Notes under the pieces: generated by a model
The model's input: the letters and a program-made list of their open reading frames with translations, nothing else
Told to the model about the DNA's origin: nothing
Database searches by the model: none
Source of the DNA: a virus
Lineage: Duplodnaviria > Caudoviricetes
Reading direction: 5' to 3' (one strand)
Length of the DNA: 64,000 nucleotides
IMG/VR virus record: IMGVR_UViG_3300037067_004891
Span: 320,001-384,000 of that record
Made by a program: the position numbers and the translations under genes
Shown: positions 9,698-20,077 of the stretch, one piece after another
How positions within the stretch are numbered: the stretch's first letter is position 1
How the letters are laid out: each line of letters starts with the position of its first letter

Positions 9698-11548
9698 ATG
9701 ATACTAACTAAGTCTGTAAAAGTTAAAATAAAAAAAGATAATATAGATTATTATAAAAATAAAATTGGTAATGATAATATCAAATGTAAAGATATCGTAG
9801 AAATAAAACCAACATTATTAACTATTGGTAGTGGAAAATTGATATTAGTAGCTTGTGATATATGCGGTTGTGAAAAAGAAATGACATATGGAACATATAT
9901 ACTATCAATTAAAAATGGTGGTTATTATTCATGTTGTAAATGTAAACATAAAAAATTTAAAGAAACTTTTTTAAAAAGATATGGTGTTGAGTCACCGTTA
10001 CAATCAAAAGAAATCATGAATAAACTTGTTAATACTAATATGGAAAGATATGGAGTTAAATATACAGTATTAGATGATAACGTTAAAATTAAAATGAAAG
10101 ATACTAATTTTAAACGTTATGGTAATAATTCATCATTACATGGAATGAATCAAGAAAAAACTGAAAAAATATTTTTAGAAAAATATGGAACAAAATTTCC
10201 ATCTCAAAATGAAGAAGTAAAATTAAAAATTAAAAACACATTTCTGAATAAATATGGTGTTGAGTCACCGTTACAATCAAAAGAAATCATGAATAAACTT
10301 GTTAATACTAATATGGAAAGATATGGAGTTAAAAATGTTGGAGAAAATGAAAACATAAAAAATAAGATAAAGAAAACTATATTAAAACGATATGGTGTTG
10401 AATATTATTTTCAAACGGAAGAATTTAAAGAAAAATATAAGAATTATTATTTAGAAAAATATGGAGTTGAAAATTATTCTATGAGTGAGGATTTCAAGAA
10501 TCAAAGAGAAGAAATAAACACAAAAATAATAGAGTATAAAAAAAATAAACAATTTGAGAAATATCCTAATATAGTTGGAATTGATTATGAAAAAGATGAA
10601 TATACTGTATATTGCGAGGTTTGTAATTCTACATATACTATTTCTACTAATTTATTTTTTAGTAGATTAGGTTATAATTGTTCTACGTGTATAAATTGTA
10701 ATCCTATTACTAATAATGAATCTTTTAAAGAAAAAGAATTATTAGAATTCATTCAAAATAATTATAATGATAGAATAATAATTAATGATAGAAAAATATT
10801 ATCTGGGTTAGAATTAGATATATATCTTCCAGATTTAAACTTAGCTTTTGAATATAATGGATTATATTGGCACAGTGAAGAATTTAAATCAAATAATTAC
10901 CATATAAATAAAACGGATATGTGTGAAACGCAAGGAATAAAACTCATACATATTTATGAAGACGAATGGAATAATAAAAAAGAAATAATTAAATCAAACA
11001 TTCTTGGTCTATTAAATAAAACTTCAGTTAAAATTAATTCAAAAAAATGTGCGATTAAAGAAATAAATTCAAAAACCTCAAAAGATTTCTTAGATATCAA
11101 CCACATACAAGGAGATATAAATTCTGATATTAAACTCGGATTATTTTATAATGATGAATTAGTTTATTTGGTGGTATTTAATTCTAATGTATTAATAAAT
11201 GAATATGAAATATTAAGATTTTGTAGTAAATTGAATACTACTGTAATAGGTGGTGCGAGTAAATTGTTTAAATATTTTGTTGAAAATTACGACCCAAAAT
11301 CTATAATAACTTTTGTTGATAGAAGTTGGTCAAGTGATGATTTATATTTAAATTTGGGTTTTAAATTTATACATAAAACTAAACCAAATTATGATTATGT
11401 GATAAATGGTAAACGAATCGACAAAAATGTTTTTGAAAAACATATATTGATAAAAGAAGGTTTTGATGTCAATAAAAATATGCAAAATAAAAAATATTAT
11501 AGAATATTTGATTCTGGTAGTATAAAATTCATATTTACAAGTCAATAA
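9698..11548 (+). CDS. Hef-like homing endonuclease: Zn ribbon, KYGV repeats, Vsr/PD-(D/E)xK-like nuclease, Mom/GNAT-like C-terminal domain
   Basis: CDICG...CCKC; 23-aa (K/R)YGV repeats; ELDIYLPDLNLAFEYNGLYWH; NHIQG, EILRFCSKLN..VIGGASKL. Confidence 0.75.
   Translation: MILTKSVKVKIKKDNIDYYKNKIGNDNIKCKDIVEIKPTLLTIGSGKLILVACDICGCEKEMTYGTYILSIKNGGYYSCCKCKHKKFKETFLKRYGVESPLQSKEIMNKLVNTNMERYGVKYTVLDDNVKIKMKDTNFKRYGNNSSLHGMNQEKTEKIFLEKYGTKFPSQNEEVKLKIKNTFLNKYGVESPLQSKEIMNKLVNTNMERYGVKNVGENENIKNKIKKTILKRYGVEYYFQTEEFKEKYKNYYLEKYGVENYSMSEDFKNQREEINTKIIEYKKNKQFEKYPNIVGIDYEKDEYTVYCEVCNSTYTISTNLFFSRLGYNCSTCINCNPITNNESFKEKELLEFIQNNYNDRIIINDRKILSGLELDIYLPDLNLAFEYNGLYWHSEEFKSNNYHINKTDMCETQGIKLIHIYEDEWNNKKEIIKSNILGLLNKTSVKINSKKCAIKEINSKTSKDFLDINHIQGDINSDIKLGLFYNDELVYLVVFNSNVLINEYEILRFCSKLNTTVIGGASKLFKYFVENYDPKSIITFVDRSWSSDDLYLNLGFKFIHKTKPNYDYVINGKRIDKNVFEKHILIKEGFDVNKNMQNKKYYRIFDSGSIKFIFTSQ
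9979..10333 (+). repeat. Exact ~82-bp direct repeat (9979-10060 and 10252-10333) within the endonuclease repeat region
   Basis: Both copies encode YGVESPLQSKEIMNKLVNTNMERYGVK with identical DNA. Confidence 0.85.
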
Positions 11549-11553
11549 ATGTT

Positions 11554-11874
11554 ATGAACTATATTGATGATGTATATACCAGATATGTAAAAGAAAAATA
11601 TAATTATTTTTTTTCTATATACAGTAAAAATTGTTCCAAAACTGAATATAAAAAATATTTAGAACAAGATATAAAGGCGTTTGTAATGGTCGATTTAAAA
11701 TTAATCGGTATAAGTTTTAAAGATGTTAAATTTAATTTTAGTGTTACTGTTAAATATGATTATTCTTTGGGATTGTTGATGATATTAGCTGATAATAAAA
11801 CTATAAATTTATTTCATAAAAGAAGAATTGAAATTGAACGATTATCTAAATTAAAGAATATTTTCGATGAATGA
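11554..11874 (+). CDS. Hypothetical protein with C-terminal RxxKLxxIF motif
   Basis: Ends ERLSKLKNIFDE. Confidence 0.6.
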   Translation: MNYIDDVYTRYVKEKYNYFFSIYSKNCSKTEYKKYLEQDIKAFVMVDLKLIGISFKDVKFNFSVTVKYDYSLGLLMILADNKTINLFHKRRIEIERLSKLKNIFDE

Positions 11875-12214
11875 TATTAATTTAATTGATAGCAACAGCA
11901 AATTCATACTTGAGAATATTCAGGATATCATCAAAACTGAGTTATCCGAAGTATTTGATGTTGATCAGAAAAATAAAGTAGATTTCAAAATAACAATAAA
12001 AAAAAGAATTATTGCACTGGTAAAAGAAATGGTAATTGATTTGAATATTGAAAATTTTCGATTTGATATTGAAGTCATTATTTTAGAAAACGGTGATGAT
12101 AAATTATTAAAAATGAGTATAAAACCCACTCATCCATATGCAGAAAAAATATTTAAAGAAAATAATTTTCACATATTATACAGAAGAATTAAAATCAATA
12201 AAATTTTCGAATAA
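11867..12214 (+). CDS. Hypothetical protein with C-terminal RxxKIxxIF motif
   Basis: Ends YRRIKINKIFE; overlaps the upstream stop. Confidence 0.6.
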   Translation: MNDINLIDSNSKFILENIQDIIKTELSEVFDVDQKNKVDFKITIKKRIIALVKEMVIDLNIENFRFDIEVIILENGDDKLLKMSIKPTHPYAEKIFKENNFHILYRRIKINKIFE

Positions 12215-12583
12215 TGACATTTTTTTTTTAATAAAAATATTAATTATTTAACATATGAATTAAACCCCCATATACAAAGAGTTTATAGTTTGCTTTATTA
12301 TAGTGCTGACAATCGAAAGGTTTCTATTAAAAATTATATAATTAAACACATATATTATCTAACTGGTGTATTAGTTAAGAGTTTTGATATAGATATATCA
12401 ATGAATGATAATATATATATATATATATAATTTGCAAATTTACAATATGGATCAAAAACAACTAACATTTTTTATAATTATGATTTCGAAAAGTTGAAAA
12501 AAGTAAAAGAAAGAAAGCTTAAAATAAAAGAAATATTTAATGGGGAATTTGAACACGGAAATACAATATCGGGGATTTTATAA
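12214..12583 (+). pseudogene. Disrupted member of the same small-protein family
   Basis: ATG 12214 is followed by T10 (removing one T opens a long frame); in-frame TAA at the end of the (AT)n tract (12428); downstream part contains ERKLKIKEIF. Confidence 0.5.
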
Positions 12584-12893
12584 AAAGAATTCACGTTTTC
12601 TTTTTGATCATTTTTATGAGAGAATAAACAGTTTGGTATTTTCAAATAACACAAAAAGATTAGAAGAGGAAATTAAACGATTTATCGAGCAATTAATTAA
12701 TTTACCTTGTAGTGGTTTGTGCATATGTATATATTTTTCTAATGATATTAAAATTGAAATAATAGAAGCATCAGATATTTTATATAAATACGATTTAGAA
12801 TATTGTTATATGGCAAGATTAAGAAAACAAAAATTAAAACAGATATTTTCCGATGAATGGAATACATGTGAATTGGACGAAACCTCATTTTAA
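12540..12893 (+). CDS. Hypothetical protein with RKQKLKQIF motif
   Basis: C-terminal RLRKQKLKQIFSDE. Confidence 0.6.
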   Translation: MGNLNTEIQYRGFYKKNSRFLFDHFYERINSLVFSNNTKRLEEEIKRFIEQLINLPCSGLCICIYFSNDIKIEIIEASDILYKYDLEYCYMARLRKQKLKQIFSDEWNTCELDETSF

Positions 12894-13836
12894 TAGAGAA
12901 AAAAGAGTGAATGGTACTTTTCTCGTCAATGGTAAACGAGATATTAGACCGTATAAAATATCCAATTATCTTTTATTGTGCCAGATATTATCAATTCTGT
13001 TTTGGAAAAAATATAATGGTGAGATACATTTATATACAGATAGAGAAGGTTTTAATTATTATCAAAAGCTTGGGATACATAAGTTTTATGATTATGTTAA
13101 TATTGATTTGCTGGAAAATTATGAAAATGTTAACCCAGAAGTGTTCTGGGCTGCTGGAAAGTTGCAAGTTCAAGCTCACTTACCATGTCCATTTGTTATG
13201 CTTGATATGGATTTATTCATTGAAATGAATTTAAACGAAGTTAATTATTTCAACTATCCAGTTAGTTCTACACACTTAGAAGACCCTTATGAACCATATT
13301 ATCCATCAATGGATAAAGTGTTGTTTCATACAAATTATGAATTCCCAGATATTTTTAAATGGAATAAACGGGCATTTAATGTATCTCTTTTATATTGGGG
13401 AGATGATAAGATAAAAAAAGATTACCTTGATATAGCATTTGAATATATGGATAATTCTAACCCCAAAAAGGTAGATATTGATGAATATCAAAGTCGGATA
13501 GTTTTTGCAGAACAAAGATTACTGGGCGAATACGTTTTTAGTAACAATATACCGTTTACTACATTGATTAAAGAATCTTACAATCCAAGAGGTGTGAATA
13601 AATATGATGAACAATTATGGTATGATTGTGGTAATGGTGAAAATAAAGATGTAATAAACGAAAAACTTTTACATATTTGGGGTAAAAAAAAGATATTTGA
13701 TGTTAATAATTCAGAAAGAAATTTTATTGAAAAATATTTTTTTGATTTAATAGATATAAATTTTCCTGAATATAAAAATCAAATAACCTCTATCTTTAAT
13801 ATGAATAAAGACAAAGGTTATTATTTTACAAACTAA
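12853..13836 (+). CDS. Putative GT-A-fold glycosyltransferase (DUF6734-like)
   Basis: IHLYTD, FWAAGKL, PFVMLDMD (DxD), FAEQRLL, LHIWG. Confidence 0.55.
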   Translation: MNGIHVNWTKPHFNREKRVNGTFLVNGKRDIRPYKISNYLLLCQILSILFWKKYNGEIHLYTDREGFNYYQKLGIHKFYDYVNIDLLENYENVNPEVFWAAGKLQVQAHLPCPFVMLDMDLFIEMNLNEVNYFNYPVSSTHLEDPYEPYYPSMDKVLFHTNYEFPDIFKWNKRAFNVSLLYWGDDKIKKDYLDIAFEYMDNSNPKKVDIDEYQSRIVFAEQRLLGEYVFSNNIPFTTLIKESYNPRGVNKYDEQLWYDCGNGENKDVINEKLLHIWGKKKIFDVNNSERNFIEKYFFDLIDINFPEYKNQITSIFNMNKDKGYYFTN

Positions 13837-13842
13837 AATATT

Positions 13843-14325
13843 TTACCAGAGAAATATAAAGTAATAAAAATTTCTCAGTTTATCTTGAAATGTCAAATGT
13901 GTCTGGGTTTTAGTCTCATACATAGAATGAACAAGGCATGGGAAAAGTTCGTCATAAATTGACCGATACATTCTAATAGCTTTTCTATACATGAAATATT
14001 TTAGAATAAAAAATAAGACACCTAAAATCGGTAAGAATAATATGAATATCTTACTTATGATACATAAAAATGTTATTCCAAGTGTTACATAGCCGAGATA
14101 TTCGAAAAGAAAGGAAAATGATAAGTAGATGTGTGTTGATTCCAATGTCATTTGATTCATTCGTTCGATAAAAAGGTTTTGGTCAACTCCCCTATTTATA
14201 AGGTCATTGAAATATTCATACCCTTTAAATTGATTCCAAACGTTTTCTTTGTTTTTTCTGAACACTAAGCCACTGAAAGCATAATCTTCATTTAGGCTAA
14301 ATGTTTTTTGTTGCAAGATATTCAT
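13843..14325 (-). CDS. Hypothetical membrane protein
   Basis: Long central hydrophobic stretch (about 2 TM helices). Confidence 0.6.
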   Translation of the reverse strand: MNILQQKTFSLNEDYAFSGLVFRKNKENVWNQFKGYEYFNDLINRGVDQNLFIERMNQMTLESTHIYLSFSFLFEYLGYVTLGITFLCIISKIFILFLPILGVLFFILKYFMYRKAIRMYRSIYDELFPCLVHSMYETKTQTHLTFQDKLRNFYYFIFLW

Positions 14326-14387
14326 ATATATTATTTTTAGTTTATTATACGTTTTATTTTTTCTTTATGATACAAATAAAACAAATA

Positions 14388-14420
14388 AACCCGTATAAAA
14401 AAAATCATACGGGTTAAAAA
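14388..14420. terminator. Hairpin, probable intrinsic terminator for 14887(-)
   Basis: AACCCGTAT...ATACGGGTT flanked by A tracts. Confidence 0.6.
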
Positions 14421-14437
14421 TAACATTTAAAATATTT

Positions 14438-14887
14438 TTAATATGAACCAACAGCAGAATGAAGTCCACTTGGGCCTGCTACATTACCAGTTTTAGCGTA
14501 AAGTTTACCCATACGATCTAATCCATAAAATTTCGTTACTTTACTATTCTTTAATGAATCAGAATAAACTTTTATAAAGTTTAAAATAATATCTGGGTTA
14601 CCTTTTGGATTCGCAATAATTTCTTTTTTCTTGGCGATAGCTGCATTACCATTATGTGTACCTGGGTTGGATAAAGAGAAAGAATCCATTATTTTGCTAA
14701 TTAATTTTTTTTGCATTAATGCATCAATGTCAGTTTCTTCTAATTTACCTTTAGCTGCTAAGTTATCGATAAGTTGTTTTTCTTCATTACTCATACCAAT
14801 ACCCATAAACTTTTCATTAGTTTCTGTTGTATTATCAGTATCTAATGAATATTGTTCAAACGTTTTAAGATGTTTTAAGTCTTTCAT
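14438..14887 (-). CDS. Putative internal head protein with capsid-targeting-like N-terminus
   Basis: MKDLKHLKTFEQY...TNE; TAATATATA on the minus strand at 14931-14939. Confidence 0.55.
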   Translation of the reverse strand: MKDLKHLKTFEQYSLDTDNTTETNEKFMGIGMSNEEKQLIDNLAAKGKLEETDIDALMQKKLISKIMDSFSLSNPGTHNGNAAIAKKKEIIANPKGNPDIILNFIKVYSDSLKNSKVTKFYGLDRMGKLYAKTGNVAGPSGLHSAVGSY

Positions 14888-15043
14888 TTTTTTATTTATT
14901 AATTTTTTATTTTTTTATTAATTTTTTATTTATATATTAAATATTTTTATTTATATTTTCAATCGATATTATATATTAAAAAATATTAAAAAAATTCTAA
15001 TGGAACTCTATATACAAAATATATAAGAATAAAAATATATATT

Positions 15044-15373
15044 TTGACTACGATATATTTAATTGAATGTATAAATGAATATGATGAACCTTTATATAAA
15101 ATAGGTCACACTAAAAATAATCCTTTAAAAAGATTACAACAGTTACAAACAGGTAATGCTCATAAATTAAAAATGGTTGGTGAGTATTCAACCAGATATG
15201 GTACAAAACTTGAAAAAACATTACATCGACATTTCTCACATTTAAATATTAATAACGAATGGTTTAAATTAACATTCGATGAAGTTGTTGATTTTAAAAA
15301 AACATGTGAAAACATTGAAAGAGGATTTAAAATATTAGAAGAAACAAACAATTATTTTTTTGATAAAATTTGA
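15044..15373 (+). CDS. T5orf172/MUG113-like GIY-YIG domain protein
   Basis: IYLI...YKIGHT...KRLQQLQTGN...EKTLH...NEWF. Confidence 0.8.
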   Translation: MTTIYLIECINEYDEPLYKIGHTKNNPLKRLQQLQTGNAHKLKMVGEYSTRYGTKLEKTLHRHFSHLNINNEWFKLTFDEVVDFKKTCENIERGFKILEETNNYFFDKI

Positions 15374-15464
15374 ATCTTTTGTTAAAAAAAATCGTTTAGT
15401 CTTTAAAAGTTACTTATTGTTATGTTAATCCAACTTAAATATTCAAAAATAAAAAGAAAAAAAT

Positions 15465-15950
15465 ATGATTATAACAATTAAACCAGAAGATATTATAAAA
15501 AGATGTTTATGGTCAGAATATAAAAGATTTGCGTTAAGAAATATATCAGAAGAAGAAATTGTTGAAATTGTTGAAAAAAATGAACCAACTGTTATTTCCG
15601 AGGATGTCGCTTTTGTTATAGGGTTGTTGAAATGTGTTGAAACGGATAATTTAATTCATAGATTCAATCAATATTTATTGGAAACACTTCAAATGAAAAG
15701 TAATATTTATGAAGATAATCTTTATATAAATAAAAATGTTGTTTCTAAAGATGTTGTGAATTTTAAATATAGATTTCCTGATTCATATAAACCAGAAAAA
15801 AATTATGAAACTGCTATTAAGAATCTTATTGTTTATATTGATATTTTAAAAGCGAAAATAGATAATCTGACAATAAAAATCATTATTAATAATGAAAAAA
15901 CATATGAATGTTTAAGTTCTAACGAAATAAAGAAATTGTTAACTTTATAG
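15465..15950 (+). CDS. Hypothetical protein
   Basis: 161-aa ORF. Confidence 0.6.
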   Translation: MIITIKPEDIIKRCLWSEYKRFALRNISEEEIVEIVEKNEPTVISEDVAFVIGLLKCVETDNLIHRFNQYLLETLQMKSNIYEDNLYINKNVVSKDVVNFKYRFPDSYKPEKNYETAIKNLIVYIDILKAKIDNLTIKIIINNEKTYECLSSNEIKKLLTL

Positions 15951-16751
15951 TTCACCATCTTCATAATAAGGTTTTATAGATATTATTTTAACCTCTGATT
16001 CGGGGAATAATGTTATTTCATTTTCAACCACCCATACACTATTTGTTAACAGTGTACTTTCAAGGTCTATATTAGATTTATCTGTTTCTATCTCATAGAG
16101 GAACATAGGGGAATCATAATCTATACCTATATCTTCTAAGAAGTGGTCGTCAATATACATAGGGTCAATTGTATAATGGTCTCCTAAATCAGATGTATCG
16201 ATTTCATCTATATTTTCAGAAGAAAGAATTCTATATAATGTGATTGGATTTGGTTGTTTTTGTATATAATGAACATGTTTTATTAAATGCTCTAAAATTT
16301 CATCGTATTCAAAAATACTATCACCAGATGTACCAACATATTCTAAAAACATTTCGACATCTTTATCTGTAATATCATTAATGTCAGAATTTTTTATTTT
16401 ATCAACTATTGTGTTGTTATGAAAATCTTCAAAAACTTTAATATATTTTAATTTTTTTTTATAAAATTCTAATATAGTATTTAGTTCAGGTTGTTTATCT
16501 AATATTGTTTTTTTAATATCATCACTTAATTTATATAAATATTTTTTCAACCATTTTACAAGTGTAGGTCTTTCTATTATAATTCTGGCAATATCAACAT
16601 CTAATAATTTATCAAACATATATATGGGCATATTAAAAAATGAAATGGGGTTTTCAATTATTTTATTTGCCAATGTTTTACTATATTTTTGTGGGTTTTT
16701 ATCAAAAATGTGTAAAAATTCATTTAAATTATCATAATTATCTTTACTCAT
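15945..16751 (-). CDS. Putative ADP-ribosyltransferase-fold protein with an internal capsid-targeting-like motif
   Basis: ITLYRIL...LGDHYT...ENEITL (R...ExE pattern); internal LKYIKVFEDF. Confidence 0.5.
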   Translation of the reverse strand: MSKDNYDNLNEFLHIFDKNPQKYSKTLANKIIENPISFFNMPIYMFDKLLDVDIARIIIERPTLVKWLKKYLYKLSDDIKKTILDKQPELNTILEFYKKKLKYIKVFEDFHNNTIVDKIKNSDINDITDKDVEMFLEYVGTSGDSIFEYDEILEHLIKHVHYIQKQPNPITLYRILSSENIDEIDTSDLGDHYTIDPMYIDDHFLEDIGIDYDSPMFLYEIETDKSNIDLESTLLTNSVWVVENEITLFPESEVKIISIKPYYEDGEL

Positions 16752-16755
16752 ATTA

Positions 16756-19113
16756 TTATTTGAAATTTTTTGTTTCTACATTTTGTGTATATATTTTTCT
16801 ATTAGCATTGTCAGCTATGATTAAATGTCCAGCATCTTTTATTATATTTTGAGCCAATATATTGAACAGATTTTCATTTTCTATAATATCGTCAAATATT
16901 CTTAAATTTGAATAACATATATCTGAACCATATAATTTAATACTCTCGGCATGTGAGTATTCTTGTGGTTCAATAGCTTCGTATATGTTTTCATATAACA
17001 CCACAAAAGAAGATACTGCTGGTTCTATGTATTCTGAATTTAGAACTGGTTTATAACCATTATTCAAAGCTTCTGTTTTGCCAGATAAATCAGTAAAATC
17101 TAAAAACAGTCTTTCGTAAGAATCAACTTGAAAATAAGTAACATCAACATTAGTGTTTCTTTTAAGAAGTTTTAAATTAATAATTTGTTGGCGTTGATTC
17201 ATATTCACAACCAAACCATACCAAATGTTGGTGGATAAATCAGGAACATCTAAAATATACGTTTGTTGATTTAAAATAAAATATATCTGTTTATTCTTAT
17301 AAAAATATTTATAACCAACGTGATTGTTAACATCATAATTATCCAATAAATGAAACGTGCTGGCTTGATTTATATTATATGAAGAAAAAGTTTTTTTGGT
17401 TAACGCTCTATCTTCTTCATACACAGAATTAAATTTAAACCATGATATAAATGAACGGTCATCACCTTTAGTTAATATATTATCAACATGTTGATATTCA
17501 ATAGCTTTTTTATTCATCATATTGGTTAATATATAATAATTTTTAATAAAATCAATTTCTCCACTATAAACAGGTTGATTAACAATACTAACTTTAGCTG
17601 AAATTGATTGTCTTATTTTATCCATAGATTTTGGTATAGTCTGGTTTTTGTTTGCTATTTTATCTTCATCTTTTTTATTTTCGAATCCAAATAATGCATC
17701 TATTGTGGTATTATTGGTAAGTGATTCAATAGCATTTTTAGTTGTTTCTTGTTTGTGTTTAATATTCACTTTTTCTTCATATTTTTCAAGAATAACTTTA
17801 TAATAAATACCAGCATGTAAAATATCTTTGTGTAAATGTGCGTGTTTCACATAATATAATCTATTAGGTATACAGAAAAATAAAATATCATTTTCTGCTG
17901 GTCGTTCTTCTATTCCGAAAGCATTTTTAAAAATATCTTTCAAAATATGAACTTCAAATGTATCGAATAAATCTAAATTAAAATTGTTTATTTTAATTGT
18001 ATTATCTGGAAATTGATTTTCAGGAACAATTACTTTAATTTGTTTTAATGATATAATATTATATAAACCATATTCATGTAATTGATAATCTATTCCATTT
18101 TTATCTGGGTCTGATTTATAATAATCAACAGCCCATCCAAATATAGTATTTGTTTGATTAGCTAACGTATTGTAAAAATCTGTTATCTTCGTTATTGAAG
18201 TACTATCATATGGATTCCATATGGTTGAAGAAGTCGTTGATGTTGATGTTGATGTTGCTATGGTGTCAGAATAACAACCTAAACCGTTTGTTTCACCATT
18301 ATAAACTAACTGTTTTTCTATTTCAGCACTTAATGTTTCACCACTTGACATAGCTGAAATACAATCTTCCCTCAAACCATATTTATTTGTTTTAAGTCCG
18401 TTGGCAGAAACATTTTGAAAATCACCAACTAATATAATATCAAATATTCTTATAGATGATGAACTATTATCAGTCTTTTTAATTAAATATTGAACTTTAG
18501 CAAATCGCAACTCATTTATATCTTTTCGGATAGCTTGTATGTTCTCTTTTGTTAGAGGATACCATTTAGTAAATGTATATCCATTATCCTGAGTTATTTT
18601 AAATTTAATATCTAAATCGTTTTCATCGATTAATCCAGCTTGTAATACTATAAAATCTTCTAATTCAAATATTTTATATGTATCTTTCGGTTCTAATATT
18701 ATTTCTTCACCAGCAGTTGTTAATGTGATTATACCATCAGTTACTAATATATTATATTCAGTTTCTACTACTATATTAGAAATAGTGATTGCAGGAGCAG
18801 ATGTAACACCTTCATTTACAAAAAAGAAATATATTTTTAATTCCAAAGGGCATAATTCATTTAATACTATACTTGATAATTCAGATATTTCTAATAAATC
18901 TGACCAGAACTCACAAGTTTTTATTTTAAATTTAACTTGTATAAATTCATTTGATGGTGTAAAATCATAATCTATTCCAACAATATTTGTAATACCTGAT
19001 ATTGGTTCGGGAGTTTCTAAAATTAATATATTGTTTGTAGAATCTAATACTACCGACCCAATAAAGTTAATCGAAGCTGTCCCATTATATCTTTTATTTA
19101 ATATATATTGCAT
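16756..19113 (-). CDS. Virion protein with a gp14-like neck domain and beta-rich accessory domains
   Basis: FNLDLFDTFEVHI..DIF....ERPAENDILFF..PNRLYYV resembles the T4 gp14 RPxEGDLIYFP motif; LamG-like C-terminus; promoter motif at 19138-19146(-). Confidence 0.6.
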   Translation of the reverse strand: MQYILNKRYNGTASINFIGSVVLDSTNNILILETPEPISGITNIVGIDYDFTPSNEFIQVKFKIKTCEFWSDLLEISELSSIVLNELCPLELKIYFFFVNEGVTSAPAITISNIVVETEYNILVTDGIITLTTAGEEIILEPKDTYKIFELEDFIVLQAGLIDENDLDIKFKITQDNGYTFTKWYPLTKENIQAIRKDINELRFAKVQYLIKKTDNSSSSIRIFDIILVGDFQNVSANGLKTNKYGLREDCISAMSSGETLSAEIEKQLVYNGETNGLGCYSDTIATSTSTSTTSSTIWNPYDSTSITKITDFYNTLANQTNTIFGWAVDYYKSDPDKNGIDYQLHEYGLYNIISLKQIKVIVPENQFPDNTIKINNFNLDLFDTFEVHILKDIFKNAFGIEERPAENDILFFCIPNRLYYVKHAHLHKDILHAGIYYKVILEKYEEKVNIKHKQETTKNAIESLTNNTTIDALFGFENKKDEDKIANKNQTIPKSMDKIRQSISAKVSIVNQPVYSGEIDFIKNYYILTNMMNKKAIEYQHVDNILTKGDDRSFISWFKFNSVYEEDRALTKKTFSSYNINQASTFHLLDNYDVNNHVGYKYFYKNKQIYFILNQQTYILDVPDLSTNIWYGLVVNMNQRQQIINLKLLKRNTNVDVTYFQVDSYERLFLDFTDLSGKTEALNNGYKPVLNSEYIEPAVSSFVVLYENIYEAIEPQEYSHAESIKLYGSDICYSNLRIFDDIIENENLFNILAQNIIKDAGHLIIADNANRKIYTQNVETKNFK

Positions 19114-19243
19114 TAAAAAGTTTTATATATTTTTAATTATATATTATTTTTTTTTATCAAAAACAAATATCAATTTGAAAATATTAAAATAAAATGTTTT
19201 ATATTTGTTATTATGTAATTATTAATCATTTAAAATTTTTATA

Positions 19244-19489
19244 ATGATAGAAACACAATTTAACGGAAACTTTGGATTAGATTGGATAAAAAAAATAAGG
19301 TTAAGAAACAATGGACTTAATACAGTTTATGAAATGAGATTTGTAAACGATAAACGTATAATAATTGCTACTAAATTACATTGTTTCTTAACCGATGAAA
19401 GACAACCTAAAATTTCAAATGAATTAAAAGCTGGCGATAAAATATGGATTAATACAAGTGAACTAAGTAAATTTGAAGTGCGTAAATAA
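19244..19489 (+). CDS. Free-standing intein/Hint-like fragment
   Basis: VYEMRF...IIIATKLHCFLT...ELKAGDKI aligns with intein block B (TxxH) and the IntN end; no block A or block G. Confidence 0.6.
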   Translation: MIETQFNGNFGLDWIKKIRLRNNGLNTVYEMRFVNDKRIIIATKLHCFLTDERQPKISNELKAGDKIWINTSELSKFEVRK

Positions 19490-19571
19490 TTGTGAATATC
19501 GGTTAGGTATTTGTGTTGTACATCTTAACCACAAATTTTAAAATTTAGTATAACATTTAAAAAATTATAAT

Positions 19572-20051
19572 ATGGAAGCTGATATTTGTTATGTTTCGTG
19601 GTTTGAATTTATCAGATTATCTGATTTATTAATCAAAAAAGTAAATAAAAAAACATACGATTCTATTGTATGTATTGGTAATGGTGGATTGATTTTAGGT
19701 AAGATAGTTAGTGAACAACTATCTTTGCCGTTGGCTGTTATTTCTGCAAAATCATATGATAACTGTGATTTTGAAAGAAAAAATACTGAAGTTTTAATTG
19801 GGTCTATTTCGTCAAGCTTTAAAATAAAAGGACATATTTTATTGATTGATGATTTGGTCGATGGTGGATTTACCATGAAAAAGGTAAAGGAACATCTTCT
19901 GAAAATTGAATTAGTTAAAGAAATTACTACTGCAACTTTATATAAAAAGTCTCATACAATTTTTATACCCGATTATTTCATTCAAGAATTAAATGATTGG
20001 ATAAAATTTCCATATGAAAAATATGAATTTCACAAAGAGAACGTTGTGTAA
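19572..20051 (+). CDS. Type I phosphoribosyltransferase (xanthine/guanine PRT-like)
   Basis: GNGGLI, ILLIDDLVDGGFT PRPP-binding motif, PDYF...WIKFPYE. Confidence 0.85.
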   Translation: MEADICYVSWFEFIRLSDLLIKKVNKKTYDSIVCIGNGGLILGKIVSEQLSLPLAVISAKSYDNCDFERKNTEVLIGSISSSFKIKGHILLIDDLVDGGFTMKKVKEHLLKIELVKEITTATLYKKSHTIFIPDYFIQELNDWIKFPYEKYEFHKENVV

Positions 20052-20077
20052 TTTTTATAATATAATTTATAATATTA

